Of a DNA stretch of 64,000 bases, positions 35,126 to 43,608 are shown piece by piece (the first letter of the stretch is position 1; every line of letters begins with the position of its first letter). Location: the sequence record MZ475898.1. One strand, 5' to 3'. A program made the translations under genes and the position numbers. Below the pieces are notes generated by a model. It had not been told where the DNA came from. It made no database searches and saw only the letters and a list, made by a program, of their open reading frames with translations.

Positions 35126-35992
35126 ATGACTAAGCAACACACTAACTACAGCTCCGCATTCGCTATCAATGAAATGGCCGTGCTGTCTTTTGATAGCTTC
35201 GGTTCGGATAAGCTGTACGGCGTTGTATCAGGCGTTATGTTCTACGGCCCACAACGTATGTATCGCGTCAGTATATTCGCCAACGACGGTCCTGAGTCGG
35301 CGCCTACTGCGTTCCTGCATGAAGGTCGTCCTATCGATGGATTCATTGCAGATGACCTGCTGCCTGTAACTGACCAGTACGTCCCTCATATCGGTCATGT
35401 TGGTCGCTACGAATCAACTGACCACAAGACGTTTGGTGACTCACCATTCACTAGTGGTCAATTGGTTGAAATCAAGATCAAAGATATTGCCGACAGCTTT
35501 AACGTGCCTGTTCTCATCACAGGCGTCACTTACGTTGAAGGTAAGATCATGTACGATGTGAGCATCGAGCGCGCCTACTACAGGGATGGTCGTGTTAACG
35601 GTGGTCGTCTGGTGCGTGATACTCTTACCGGCATTGATGGTATCTTCATCAAACCTGTTGGTGGCTGGCCAGAAGAAGGCGATGACATTAGTGAGTATGC
35701 GCTGGAGATTGGCGTTGAAGACAGCGCTGTGCCTATCTCAAACGAGATTTTTGATACGGCGTATGATGCGCATCTCTTAGGTGTTCAGTGCGGTGAACTC
35801 AACAAGAACGCTGCACGTAATTTCTTAGGCGCTTACATCAACGCTGAGAATGCGCGTGTGGAAAAGTATCTCGGTGCCCGTACAGGTCGCTGGGACACAA
35901 ACAAACTGAATGAGAGCTCCAAACCTCGTTCAGTATCAGACATTGATACGTCGAAGATCTCCCAAGTTCAGCCTTGGCCAAAAGATGAATAA
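35126..35992 (+). CDS. hypothetical protein (288 aa)
   Basis: Long ORF ending before a terminator. Confidence 0.65.
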   Translation: MTKQHTNYSSAFAINEMAVLSFDSFGSDKLYGVVSGVMFYGPQRMYRVSIFANDGPESAPTAFLHEGRPIDGFIADDLLPVTDQYVPHIGHVGRYESTDHKTFGDSPFTSGQLVEIKIKDIADSFNVPVLITGVTYVEGKIMYDVSIERAYYRDGRVNGGRLVRDTLTGIDGIFIKPVGGWPEEGDDISEYALEIGVEDSAVPISNEIFDTAYDAHLLGVQCGELNKNAARNFLGAYINAENARVEKYLGARTGRWDTNKLNESSKPRSVSDIDTSKISQVQPWPKDE

Positions 35993-35998
35993 ATAACT

Positions 35999-36024
35999 AA
36001 AGGGTGGCTTCGGCTGCCCTTTTT
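35999..36024 (+). terminator. intrinsic terminator with UUCG loop, identical to the one at 19062
   Basis: AAAGGGTGGC-TTCG-GCTGCCC-TTTTT. Confidence 0.85.
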
Positions 36025-36026
36025 AG

Positions 36027-36036
36027 ATCTGTAAAC
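36027..36036 (+). promoter_or_regulatory. ATCTGTAAAC motif variant
   Basis: Intergenic after the terminator, 24 nt upstream of ATG 36060. Confidence 0.55.
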
Positions 36037-36059
36037 AACTTATACAAGAGGAGCATACA

Positions 36060-36413
36060 ATGAAAGACTATGTTATGAAGCGCCTTGCGGAAGACAATAT
36101 CGATCCTGAAAACAAGGATATGATTATGAGCCGCATCCGCGATATTATGGGAGGTGTGTTGCGTGCGCAGCCTACCTTGCCTCATATGTTCGGGGCACTG
36201 GAACACTCACGCGTACCGTCACTGTTTGATGCAATGGTTGTCTGCGACCACACGAACAACTCTGAGGAGGATATTGCAAACAACATCCTTAACGTTTCTA
36301 TTCTCCCTCGCACTCCAGTACAACAAATTTATTTCAACATCGATTCTGGGAGCAAAGAAGATGCGTCTTTTATTTCAAAGACTGTTAAAGTTTCTAAGTC
36401 TGAGCAGCAATAA
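36060..36413 (+). CDS. stand-alone tail-sheath C-terminal-domain-like protein (117 aa)
   Basis: MVVCDHTNNSEEDIANNILNVSILPRTPVQQIYFN resembles T4 gp18-type VVCD.TNN...ID.N......P...I. Confidence 0.6.
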   Translation: MKDYVMKRLAEDNIDPENKDMIMSRIRDIMGGVLRAQPTLPHMFGALEHSRVPSLFDAMVVCDHTNNSEEDIANNILNVSILPRTPVQQIYFNIDSGSKEDASFISKTVKVSKSEQQ

Positions 36414-36810
36414 GCCTAAGCAGGTTCATGATCGTGAGCTGCGCAAGTATCTGGCGCCTAAGCGCGAGCCATTCAACCCAGCTAAAGGCCCTCGTATTCC
36501 GCCGGTAGTCGACCGTGATTTGGAGTATCGTCGTCGCGTGCTCGCTACTGGCGGTCATCCGCCTAAGGCCGACCCTTCTTTGCGATCCAGCCCTCAGCGC
36601 CGTAGAGACGATGTACTTCCGTCACAAGTTGTGATGATGGATGTTAGTACAGGCTTCGGTCCTACTAAGAAGATCCCATCGCATAGCCAGCGTGATTCTG
36701 ATTCTTACTGTTCACCACATCATACGCACCACACGCCGAGTCACACACCGTCTGATAACTATGATGGTGGCTCGAACGATGGTGGCGGTGGAGGAGGTTC
36801 TTGTGATTAA
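36361..36810 (+). CDS. hypothetical protein with His/Gly/Ser-rich tail
   Basis: ATG 36361; ends HHTHHTPSH...DGGGGGGSCD. Confidence 0.55.
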   Translation: MRLLFQRLLKFLSLSSNKPKQVHDRELRKYLAPKREPFNPAKGPRIPPVVDRDLEYRRRVLATGGHPPKADPSLRSSPQRRRDDVLPSQVVMMDVSTGFGPTKKIPSHSQRDSDSYCSPHHTHHTPSHTPSDNYDGGSNDGGGGGGSCD

Positions 36811-37141
36811 AGTGTTATTGAACGCGATCGGTCTTCGCCTGATTACTAAAGCGAATCGCCGTAAGATCGAACAACACCACTACATGATGCAGGCCTGTAC
36901 GGATGTGTATGACTGGTGTGGTGCAGAGTTTCCTCAAGCTGCTGAGGCTGTTGAGCACGTTCGCACACGCGCACTAGGCTATGAAGGACGCTCTGGTCAC
37001 AATAGCAAAATCATGACCCCGTACGAAGCACATACGGGCATCAGCAACTGGCGTGAACTTATGCGCAATAAGTATAAGGACTGGCCGCCCGTTGATTTCC
37101 CTCTTGAGTATAAGAAAGACAATGAGCAAGAACGGCGATAA
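36803..37141 (+). CDS. hypothetical protein (112 aa)
   Basis: GTG start with GGAGG RBS. Confidence 0.55.
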   Translation: MIKVLLNAIGLRLITKANRRKIEQHHYMMQACTDVYDWCGAEFPQAAEAVEHVRTRALGYEGRSGHNSKIMTPYEAHTGISNWRELMRNKYKDWPPVDFPLEYKKDNEQERR

Positions 37142-37229
37142 AGAAAAGCTGCAAGAGTTCCGAGACGAACTTGAGCGCGACTGTGACGGCGAAGAGGAAG
37201 AGGACTTCGATTTCACCGATCATCAATAA
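37122..37229 (+). CDS. 35-aa acidic peptide
   Basis: Hand-translated MSKNGDKEKLQEFRDELERDCDGEEEEDFDFTDHQ. Confidence 0.45.
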   Translation: MSKNGDKEKLQEFRDELERDCDGEEEEDFDFTDHQ

Positions 37230-37257
37230 CCTGCTTCATCTATACCGAGAATAAAAT

Positions 37258-37479
37258 ATGACACACGAAACTCAAGGCATTATCTTACTGACCTGGCTGC
37301 TGGTCGGCATCTTTGTTTCACTTGCGAAGACCTTTCGTCTGCTTGGTGAATCAGACCGCAGCTACAAGAATGCACCCTTCTGGCTGTTCATCTTCAACAT
37401 GTTCTTCTGTCTGATTGTATGGCCGTTCCCTGTTGTGTTTTGTTCAGCACACCAGCGACTCCTCAATCGCTTCTGGTAA
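37258..37479 (+). CDS. small membrane protein (73 aa)
   Basis: Two TM helices. Confidence 0.55.
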   Translation: MTHETQGIILLTWLLVGIFVSLAKTFRLLGESDRSYKNAPFWLFIFNMFFCLIVWPFPVVFCSAHQRLLNRFW

Positions 37480-37488
37480 GGGACTACT

Positions 37489-38028
37489 GTGGAAAAGAAT
37501 TTAGACAAGAAAATCATCGTGCTGGACATAGACCGTTTCGCACAACTGTTAGCGCTTGCATCAGTCGGTGATCAGGAGCTTTGCGGCCAAACGAATCTGG
37601 AAGAGATTATACGCCATGTGCGTAAGTTCAATCCAGTGTTAAAAGCAGCGCAGGACGAAGAACAGAAGGAAGAACGCGAACGCCGTAAAGCTGCACATCG
37701 TGAGCGTGCAAAGGCCAATCGCATTCTGACTAACAGAACGGTGCACAGTTGGCCTTATGAGTCTCGGGGCTGTGGTACGTTTGAGCAAGTACACAAGGAA
37801 GAGCCTCGTGTTTTCTATTACCTGTATGATCATGAAAAGCTGGCGTTCCCTGTTCATGTTCTCGGTCCGTCAAGCAATGCCATTGGCCTCCTCTGCGTCT
37901 CGTTCCTCACTAAAGATCATATTCATCTCGCAGGCCAATACTTTATCCAGATTAATTGCCCTGCTCGAAGCATAGCAGAGAGACTAAAAGATATTCCTGA
38001 AGGCTACACGCTCATGGAGGTCGAATGA
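37489..38028 (+). CDS. hypothetical protein (179 aa)
   Basis: GTG start with AAGGGA RBS. Confidence 0.6.
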   Translation: MEKNLDKKIIVLDIDRFAQLLALASVGDQELCGQTNLEEIIRHVRKFNPVLKAAQDEEQKEERERRKAAHRERAKANRILTNRTVHSWPYESRGCGTFEQVHKEEPRVFYYLYDHEKLAFPVHVLGPSSNAIGLLCVSFLTKDHIHLAGQYFIQINCPARSIAERLKDIPEGYTLMEVE

Positions 38029-38270
38029 TCGGCAACATGATCGTCCTAATTTTGCTAGGCTCTTTCTTGTTTGCATTCTGTGCTTATATAGCCTACAAGT
38101 TGGAGAGTAGCCACAAAGAGAAAGCAGATCAAGGTATCTATGCCTACCGCATAGCCTTCAATATGAAACGCTATCTGTTAGCGCGGCTGCTGTGGCGAAT
38201 CTCTAGCGCAGTCTATTGCGTGCTCTTTGCGTTCGCGCTTTGCTATCTATATTTCACAGGACAACTATGA
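38025..38270 (+). CDS. small membrane protein (81 aa)
   Basis: Two TM helices; GGAGG RBS. Confidence 0.55.
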   Translation: MIGNMIVLILLGSFLFAFCAYIAYKLESSHKEKADQGIYAYRIAFNMKRYLLARLLWRISSAVYCVLFAFALCYLYFTGQL

Positions 38271-38665
38271 AAGCACTATCTATCAGGCAGCCTTGGGCAT
38301 GGCTCATCGTTCAAGGCCACAAGAAAGTTGAGAACCGTACGTGGGATACAAAGAAGCGCGGACGTTTCCTCATTCACGCGAGTTCTAAGCGTCCGTCCGA
38401 TGATGACATGGCTGCGGCTCAAGCTATCTGTGACAAGCTGAACGTAACGCTGCCACAAAAGTCTGAGTTCGTGCTCGGTTCCATTGTAGGCTATGCGACA
38501 CTTATCGGCACAGTGACTGAATCGCGTGACCCGTTCTTCTTTGGTCCTGTGGGTCACTTGCTCAAAGACTGCCGCGCTGTCGAACCTGTGCAGTTTAAAG
38601 GAGCACTCAGTTTCTTTAATACACCGTTCTGTATTGTAGGCGGTAAGCTAGTTCGCTCACGATGA
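38267..38665 (+). CDS. ASCH domain protein
   Basis: MKALSIRQPWAWLIVQGHKKVENRTW...RGRFLIHAS. Confidence 0.9.
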   Translation: MKALSIRQPWAWLIVQGHKKVENRTWDTKKRGRFLIHASSKRPSDDDMAAAQAICDKLNVTLPQKSEFVLGSIVGYATLIGTVTESRDPFFFGPVGHLLKDCRAVEPVQFKGALSFFNTPFCIVGGKLVRSR

Positions 38666-38889
38666 GTAGACCTATCTTGCTACATGGTTCTGGTCACTGT
38701 GCGTTTGCTCGGCAGTCAGGCATTGACGGTAAACTCGTATACTTTGTCCGTGACATAAACATCAAAGGGCACTCAGCTTTGATGGTAGGGTCCACAACGG
38801 TAGATAACGTTATCTTCCTCTACCAGTACGTTCCTAACGCAGATGACGCAGAAGTAATCATAGCTTATAAAAACAAGGGTGGCCATTAG
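38662..38889 (+). CDS. hypothetical protein (75 aa)
   Basis: ATGA coupling. Confidence 0.5.
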   Translation: MSRPILLHGSGHCAFARQSGIDGKLVYFVRDINIKGHSALMVGSTTVDNVIFLYQYVPNADDAEVIIAYKNKGGH

Positions 38890-38900
38890 GCTGCCCTTTT
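38875..38900 (+). terminator. intrinsic terminator, same stem family as 19062/35999
   Basis: AAGGGTGGCC-ATTA-GGCTGCCCTTTT. Confidence 0.75.
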
Positions 38901-38972
38901 CTGTTTAATTTGCCAGTGACGAGGGTCCTACACAAGTAGGAAATTTAACTAGCAACAGCTTAAGGAACTATC

Positions 38973-39977
38973 ATGCAACTAGCATTCCCCAGAAAGAGCG
39001 ACGACCATGTAAGTCTAATGCGCCGTTCGTTGAGTCGTCTATATTTTTTCGATGATGCCGCACCTAAAGAAAGCATGAAAGCAGGCCACCTTAATTGGTT
39101 ACAGAACCTGCCTATGTGCAAAGCTATGGGTGTCGGCAGAACTGATAATGTTGTGAGCACAGGTCAGCTACAGGGTCAAGGTGATAATAACCGCTGGTAT
39201 GTTGCTACTGGTGGCTATGTAGGTACGGCAGATGCCTACAACTTTATCAATATGACGTATGCTTCCTTTGGTCAAACAGATGTTGTGTCTGATACGACAA
39301 CGCCTGTAAGTAATCCTACCACACAAGCAGAAGTCATAGGTTCTACGCTGCTTCCTTCAAACAGACTGATGACAGCCTGCCAATATTCAGGCACGATCTA
39401 TGTAGGCAACAATAGTGGCGGCACTGTCGGTCTAACCGTGTCTGAGATAACGCGCTGGCCTAGTGGCGGCGTACACTACAATGACACATACACGCAAAAG
39501 TTGCGTTCGTACCGATTCTGGGTAGCGAACAACGCATTGACCTCAGTGTCTGGCGTTGATGGTACAGCCAGTTCAGTAGCTGCTAACGGTACGTATCAGG
39601 TATCTTCGTCCACCAGCGCTCCGTTCTTTGCGTTTGTGTCAGCGTACTACACTCTAGTGAGATTGTCGTATAACGCGAGTGGCGAAGCAAGCGGAGGAGG
39701 AGGCACGTTTGATTACAATGGTGTGTACTCGTCGTTCTCTCGCAACAGAACTGCGCAGCCTATATATCTGCCACGAACTGCTGCTAAAGCTGCGGTGAAT
39801 ATTACGTGGGCTGGAATATTTGTAAAGTACCAACAAGCTGAATCTTATTTGCTTCTGGACTCTGCTGATATACTCAACGTAAGTACCACAGAGCCAGGGC
39901 AATACGCCCAGATACAGATCGCAGACATTGAACCGCTCTTAGCTCAATGGTCACCTGCTCGCCAAATCATGTTATAA
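38973..39977 (+). CDS. displaced paralog of the 57443-61712 virion fibre family (334 aa)
   Basis: RRSLSRLYFFDD...LQNLPMCKAMGVG matches TRAMSSLYLFDS...LQSVPECRAMTCG of 59552..60649; S/T/G/N/Y-rich. Confidence 0.7.
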   Translation: MQLAFPRKSDDHVSLMRRSLSRLYFFDDAAPKESMKAGHLNWLQNLPMCKAMGVGRTDNVVSTGQLQGQGDNNRWYVATGGYVGTADAYNFINMTYASFGQTDVVSDTTTPVSNPTTQAEVIGSTLLPSNRLMTACQYSGTIYVGNNSGGTVGLTVSEITRWPSGGVHYNDTYTQKLRSYRFWVANNALTSVSGVDGTASSVAANGTYQVSSSTSAPFFAFVSAYYTLVRLSYNASGEASGGGGTFDYNGVYSSFSRNRTAQPIYLPRTAAKAAVNITWAGIFVKYQQAESYLLLDSADILNVSTTEPGQYAQIQIADIEPLLAQWSPARQIML

Positions 39978-39986
39978 GGAGTCGTC

Positions 39987-40406
39987 ATGTTACCTTTTGC
40001 CCCTCGGACGTTAGTGGTTAGTATGCGCAATGGCAACAAAGAGTTTGATGTACGCATCGACCGCGAATCTATGTGGGGCAATAAGTTCTACATGAAGAAC
40101 GAAAGCAAGGAAGAACGTGCGCGAGTTATCTATGAGTATGGCGTGTGGTTGTGGACTAAAATCTACAACGGAGACATTACACTAAGTCAGCTAGACGCAT
40201 TATACGGTAAGCGTCTAGGCTGCTGGTGCTCACCTAAGCCTTGTCATGGTGATGAATTGAGAAAAGCCGTAGAATGGGCACACGCTACAATCTGTAAATG
40301 GGAACGTATATCACGCACATACGCAAGGAGAAAGAAACATGGGCACAGGCAGACCAAGAAAAGAAAAAGCGATGACAGCAGCCGAGCGTTCAAAAAAGCT
40401 GCGTAA
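39987..40406 (+). CDS. DUF4326 domain protein
   Basis: IDRESMWGNKF...LYGKRLGCWCSPKPCHGDEL. Confidence 0.88.
   Translation: MLPFAPRTLVVSMRNGNKEFDVRIDRESMWGNKFYMKNESKEERARVIYEYGVWLWTKIYNGDITLSQLDALYGKRLGCWCSPKPCHGDELRKAVEWAHATICKWERISRTYARRKKHGHRQTKKRKSDDSSRAFKKAA
40290..40299 (+). promoter_or_regulatory. ATCTGTAAAT motif
   Basis: Exact copy, 40 nt upstream of ATG 40339. Confidence 0.5.
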
Positions 40407-40620
40407 TCGTATGGCCCCTTTGGGCAAGCGAGTTGATATTTATATGGACGAGGAGACTCTTAAGGCGATTGACCGTGAAGTAGCTCAACGTCCTGCGCTT
40501 GTGGGCATTACGCCCGCTGTTGCACGTAGCCAGTTGCTGCGTGAGATTCTTACAGGTCGTGAGTTCCTTGCTGACCTGACTGCATTCGAATACCACAGAG
40601 GTCAGACACGCGATGCGTAA
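40339..40620 (+). CDS. CopG/RHH-like DNA-binding protein
   Basis: AMTAAERSKKLR...KRVDIYMDEETLKAID...RSQLLREIL. Confidence 0.6.
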   Translation: MGTGRPRKEKAMTAAERSKKLRNRMAPLGKRVDIYMDEETLKAIDREVAQRPALVGITPAVARSQLLREILTGREFLADLTAFEYHRGQTRDA

Positions 40621-41164
40621 CAAAGAAAAAGTAAGACGCCGTTTCCTTTCTGCGGGTCGTTCGTTGGACGCTATCAGTTCTCAGGTGTTCACAAGCCCGT
40701 ACTCGGGATTAGCCTACGGCAGCTTTAGCTTAGCTGTGGGTTCGAGTTTTGTGCATATTCACGCGCTGGATGAGAGCACTGTCCCAGAGTCTGACGTTCT
40801 GTATCTGATGAAAGTCGATGCTGTTATTCGTCACCTCAAGGACTACATCGCGTTGTTGACTGATTGGGCTGATGGTCATGCTCGTATGTGGCTGAACCCT
40901 GAAGGCTCTGCTGCTACAGGCTGTGTCGCGTACCACCACGATGTATCGCACCCAGAGAAGCTCGCCTTCTTTGAGCTATCGTCCTGTAGTCAAACGTTCC
41001 GTTTGCAGATGATGACCTTCACGCATAAGGAATACAAGAAGCACATTAACCTGCTGTCCAAAATTAAGGACCATCTTATTCGCCATCGCTTTGATATGGA
41101 TGACTGGATGAAGGCTATTACTGCTGAGTCTGCACGGCTCATGGATTCTGTAAATGAACAATAA
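40613..41164 (+). CDS. hypothetical protein (183 aa)
   Basis: GAGG RBS. Confidence 0.6.
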   Translation: MRNKEKVRRRFLSAGRSLDAISSQVFTSPYSGLAYGSFSLAVGSSFVHIHALDESTVPESDVLYLMKVDAVIRHLKDYIALLTDWADGHARMWLNPEGSAATGCVAYHHDVSHPEKLAFFELSSCSQTFRLQMMTFTHKEYKKHINLLSKIKDHLIRHRFDMDDWMKAITAESARLMDSVNEQ

Positions 41165-41273
41165 CAACGATTGCTGCTGGTGTGCTTTCGGTATGGGTAT
41201 AGTTCTCGGACTATTTATCGGCCTGTCGATTGCTGCCTTCGCTGTTAAATACGGCGTCTTCATAAAACTATAG
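41154..41273 (+). CDS. 39-aa membrane peptide
   Basis: Hand-translated MNNNNDCCWCAFGMGIVLGLFIGLSIAAFAVKYGVFIKL. Confidence 0.45.
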   Translation: MNNNNDCCWCAFGMGIVLGLFIGLSIAAFAVKYGVFIKL

Positions 41274-41287
41274 GACAAAAGTACCTC

Positions 41288-41956
41288 ATGCTTACTAACA
41301 TTGCTCGACTTGCTGCGACTAACGCACACGCAAAACAAACTCGCCGCTTCACTGGTGAACCGTACATCAACCATCCACTAGCTGTCGTTCAATTCCTTGA
41401 ACGCTTCCACGTGGGTGAACAGATTCTCGCTGCTGCCTGGTGCCACGATGTGTTGGAAGATTGTGGCATCTGCTACGAAGCTCTGGAACTTTGCATCGGT
41501 ACGACTGCGACCGACATCGTGTTCGAAGTAACGAACAAAGAGTTTCCAGAAGGCACGCCACGCATTGAGAAATATTGGCATAACATCGAACGTCTGGTGA
41601 GGGCTTCGCATCAGGCGCAGACGCTCAAGTGCGGTGACATTTACGATAACTGCAAAGATGTATATGAGCGTGACCAACACTACGGCGCTAAGTACATCGC
41701 AGAGAAGTATTTCCTGATTCGCATGTTTGCGCGTGCTCAATCTGATGTACGTCAGACCGTTATGCAGATGCTGCATGATCGCTATCTGTCAATGACGCCG
41801 GATGATCGCATGTACTGCTTAGAGTATATGGCGCGTCTCGATAAAGAATGTCCAGCTGACCTGCGTTCTTTGTTTGACCAGGCCCGCAAAGAAGCTGGTA
41901 TTGAAAGCCTCTGCTGTGGAGAACATGATGGAGCTACCTGCATTCAAAACGCGTAA
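41288..41956 (+). CDS. HD-domain hydrolase, SpoT/Mesh1 (small alarmone hydrolase)-like
   Basis: AHAKQTRRFTGEPYINHPLAV, AWCHDVLED, LKCGDIYDN. Confidence 0.88.
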   Translation: MLTNIARLAATNAHAKQTRRFTGEPYINHPLAVVQFLERFHVGEQILAAAWCHDVLEDCGICYEALELCIGTTATDIVFEVTNKEFPEGTPRIEKYWHNIERLVRASHQAQTLKCGDIYDNCKDVYERDQHYGAKYIAEKYFLIRMFARAQSDVRQTVMQMLHDRYLSMTPDDRMYCLEYMARLDKECPADLRSLFDQARKEAGIESLCCGEHDGATCIQNA

Positions 41957-42302
41957 CGCTCTGGTTGAAAGCCTCACCATTCGTGACAAGCAAGCGTCTG
42001 CTTTAGTGCGCGTGTACGAAACGAGCTGGTGGGGTTTCTGCAAACGTGACCTGTGCGTTGCTATCAACTGCCGTAAGATAACGCGCAAGGAACTCAAGTG
42101 GTCTAGCTATGTGCGGTGGTCTGAAGGTTATCAGATTCTGCCTGTATGCGAAGACAGCGAAGTCCTTCAGGTAGCAAACAGTGCGCTGAAAGATATGCGC
42201 CATCTTGGTTACACCAAGTATGAGCAGCTTCTGGCGTATCGTCTCCAAATTCACATGAGAAAGCACAATGCCAAAGAAAATTCTCACGCTCATTCACACT
42301 GA
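41925..42302 (+). CDS. hypothetical protein (125 aa)
   Basis: ATG with GGAG RBS. Confidence 0.55.
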   Translation: MMELPAFKTRNALVESLTIRDKQASALVRVYETSWWGFCKRDLCVAINCRKITRKELKWSSYVRWSEGYQILPVCEDSEVLQVANSALKDMRHLGYTKYEQLLAYRLQIHMRKHNAKENSHAHSH

Positions 42303-42657
42303 TGTGGAAGACCAGAAGGCGTATCTGGAAGACCGCTTTCATCGCAGCATTATGTTCATGCACACGACGACGAACCGCGACCCGTACAAACGTGAATCGA
42401 ATCCGTGTACGTTCTGCATATATAAAGTGGAAGGCGCGAATGTGTATATCAACCTTCACGGCAACAATGAGATGCCAGAAGAGTTGGCGAGCACTCTCGG
42501 CTTGGTCAAAGTAAAAGAGTGGACTCTTATCCGCCGTCAGTCGAACGTCTTCTTTGTAGGACGTAGCTCCGAAGCTATCATCGCAGAGAACGTTGTACCA
42601 ATGGAAATTCGTGTTGAAGGAGCGCGTGATGCTGAACGATGCTGGTCCGGACATTGA
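42268..42657 (+). CDS. hypothetical protein (129 aa)
   Basis: ORF in operon. Confidence 0.55.
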   Translation: MPKKILTLIHTDVEDQKAYLEDRFHRSIMFMHTTTNRDPYKRESNPCTFCIYKVEGANVYINLHGNNEMPEELASTLGLVKVKEWTLIRRQSNVFFVGRSSEAIIAENVVPMEIRVEGARDAERCWSGH

Positions 42658-43243
42658 GTTCGAAGCAATTGATATTGAGAAGTATTGGCAGGGTCGTATC
42701 TATCTCGAAGCTGGTCATCTGCAAGACGTAGAATCCAAGCTGGAGAATGTGGCGTATACCACCGATACGATTAAGCCCTACATCGAAGCCGCGACTAAGA
42801 TCGTTGCATCGAAGCGTGAGCTGCACGAGGAAGGCACTGACTTGCCTCAGGTGGAGTTGGGTGAAGGGCACACGATGAGTCCGTACTTTGTCATTGTGTT
42901 CTGTCTGATGTTCGAAGCGGAAGGCGTTATCAATGCGCAGACACGCAATGCCCTTAAGGGTTTGTCTCAGGCCGAGCGTGATAAAAAGATACGCATTGAG
43001 ATTGCTGGGCATAGCAGCAAAATCGGTGTGAGTCTTCTCAAAGAGCTGGAAGCATCTATCTCTGATCGCTTTCATGACCGTCGCCCCGACTTCGCGTTTG
43101 CAGAGCTGTCCGAGCCTCGTGAGAAGAAGCCTACGTTTCGTGCTAATGCCCATCTCAAGCAAGGTCGTGTTGGCAGACACAGCGGCAATCAGCGATTCAA
43201 TGCTAAGCCGCAGCGTCAGAACTTTAAAGGTCGTGGTAGATGA
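42629..43243 (+). CDS. hypothetical protein (204 aa)
   Basis: AAGGAG RBS. Confidence 0.6.
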   Translation: MLNDAGPDIEFEAIDIEKYWQGRIYLEAGHLQDVESKLENVAYTTDTIKPYIEAATKIVASKRELHEEGTDLPQVELGEGHTMSPYFVIVFCLMFEAEGVINAQTRNALKGLSQAERDKKIRIEIAGHSSKIGVSLLKELEASISDRFHDRRPDFAFAELSEPREKKPTFRANAHLKQGRVGRHSGNQRFNAKPQRQNFKGRGR

Positions 43244-43608
43244 GCAAAATCTTCTATGCTACGGAGTATATTGATAATAAGCCTGTGGCAGTTCATCGCT
43301 TTCCTGCTGTTGAGCAAGGTCGAGCACTATCTGATTACCGTTCCTTGATCTCATTGGGTGCGTTCGATAAGCGTCAGACCGAGCAGTGTCTCAAAGACTG
43401 CATGGTGCGTCGATTCTACGTGAAGAACAAACGCGACTATGAGGCAGACAAGGAGATCTTGCAGAAGTCCTCTGCGCGTCTCAATCTACCTGAGGTAGGG
43501 CTAAGCACTGTCGAACACAAAGACGTGTGGGCATTCTATAAAGCTGTCGGTTATGACTACCGTACTAAAACTCTGGGAGTGAAAGCAGATGACAAGCAAC
43601 CTGTCTGA
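43240..43608 (+). CDS. hypothetical protein (122 aa)
   Basis: ATGA coupling. Confidence 0.55.
   Translation: MSKIFYATEYIDNKPVAVHRFPAVEQGRALSDYRSLISLGAFDKRQTEQCLKDCMVRRFYVKNKRDYEADKEILQKSSARLNLPEVGLSTVEHKDVWAFYKAVGYDYRTKTLGVKADDKQPV

Noticed and set aside
37122-37229. Apparent read-through past the stop of the 36803..37141 gene
   Set aside because: The acidic downstream peptide is in a different frame and has its own ATG at 37122.
38912-38960. Hammerhead-like or structured RNA (TGACGA...GAAA, small CCTAC/GTAGG hairpin)
   Set aside because: The core lacks the CUGA C and no stem II forms between the conserved segments; only short stems are present.
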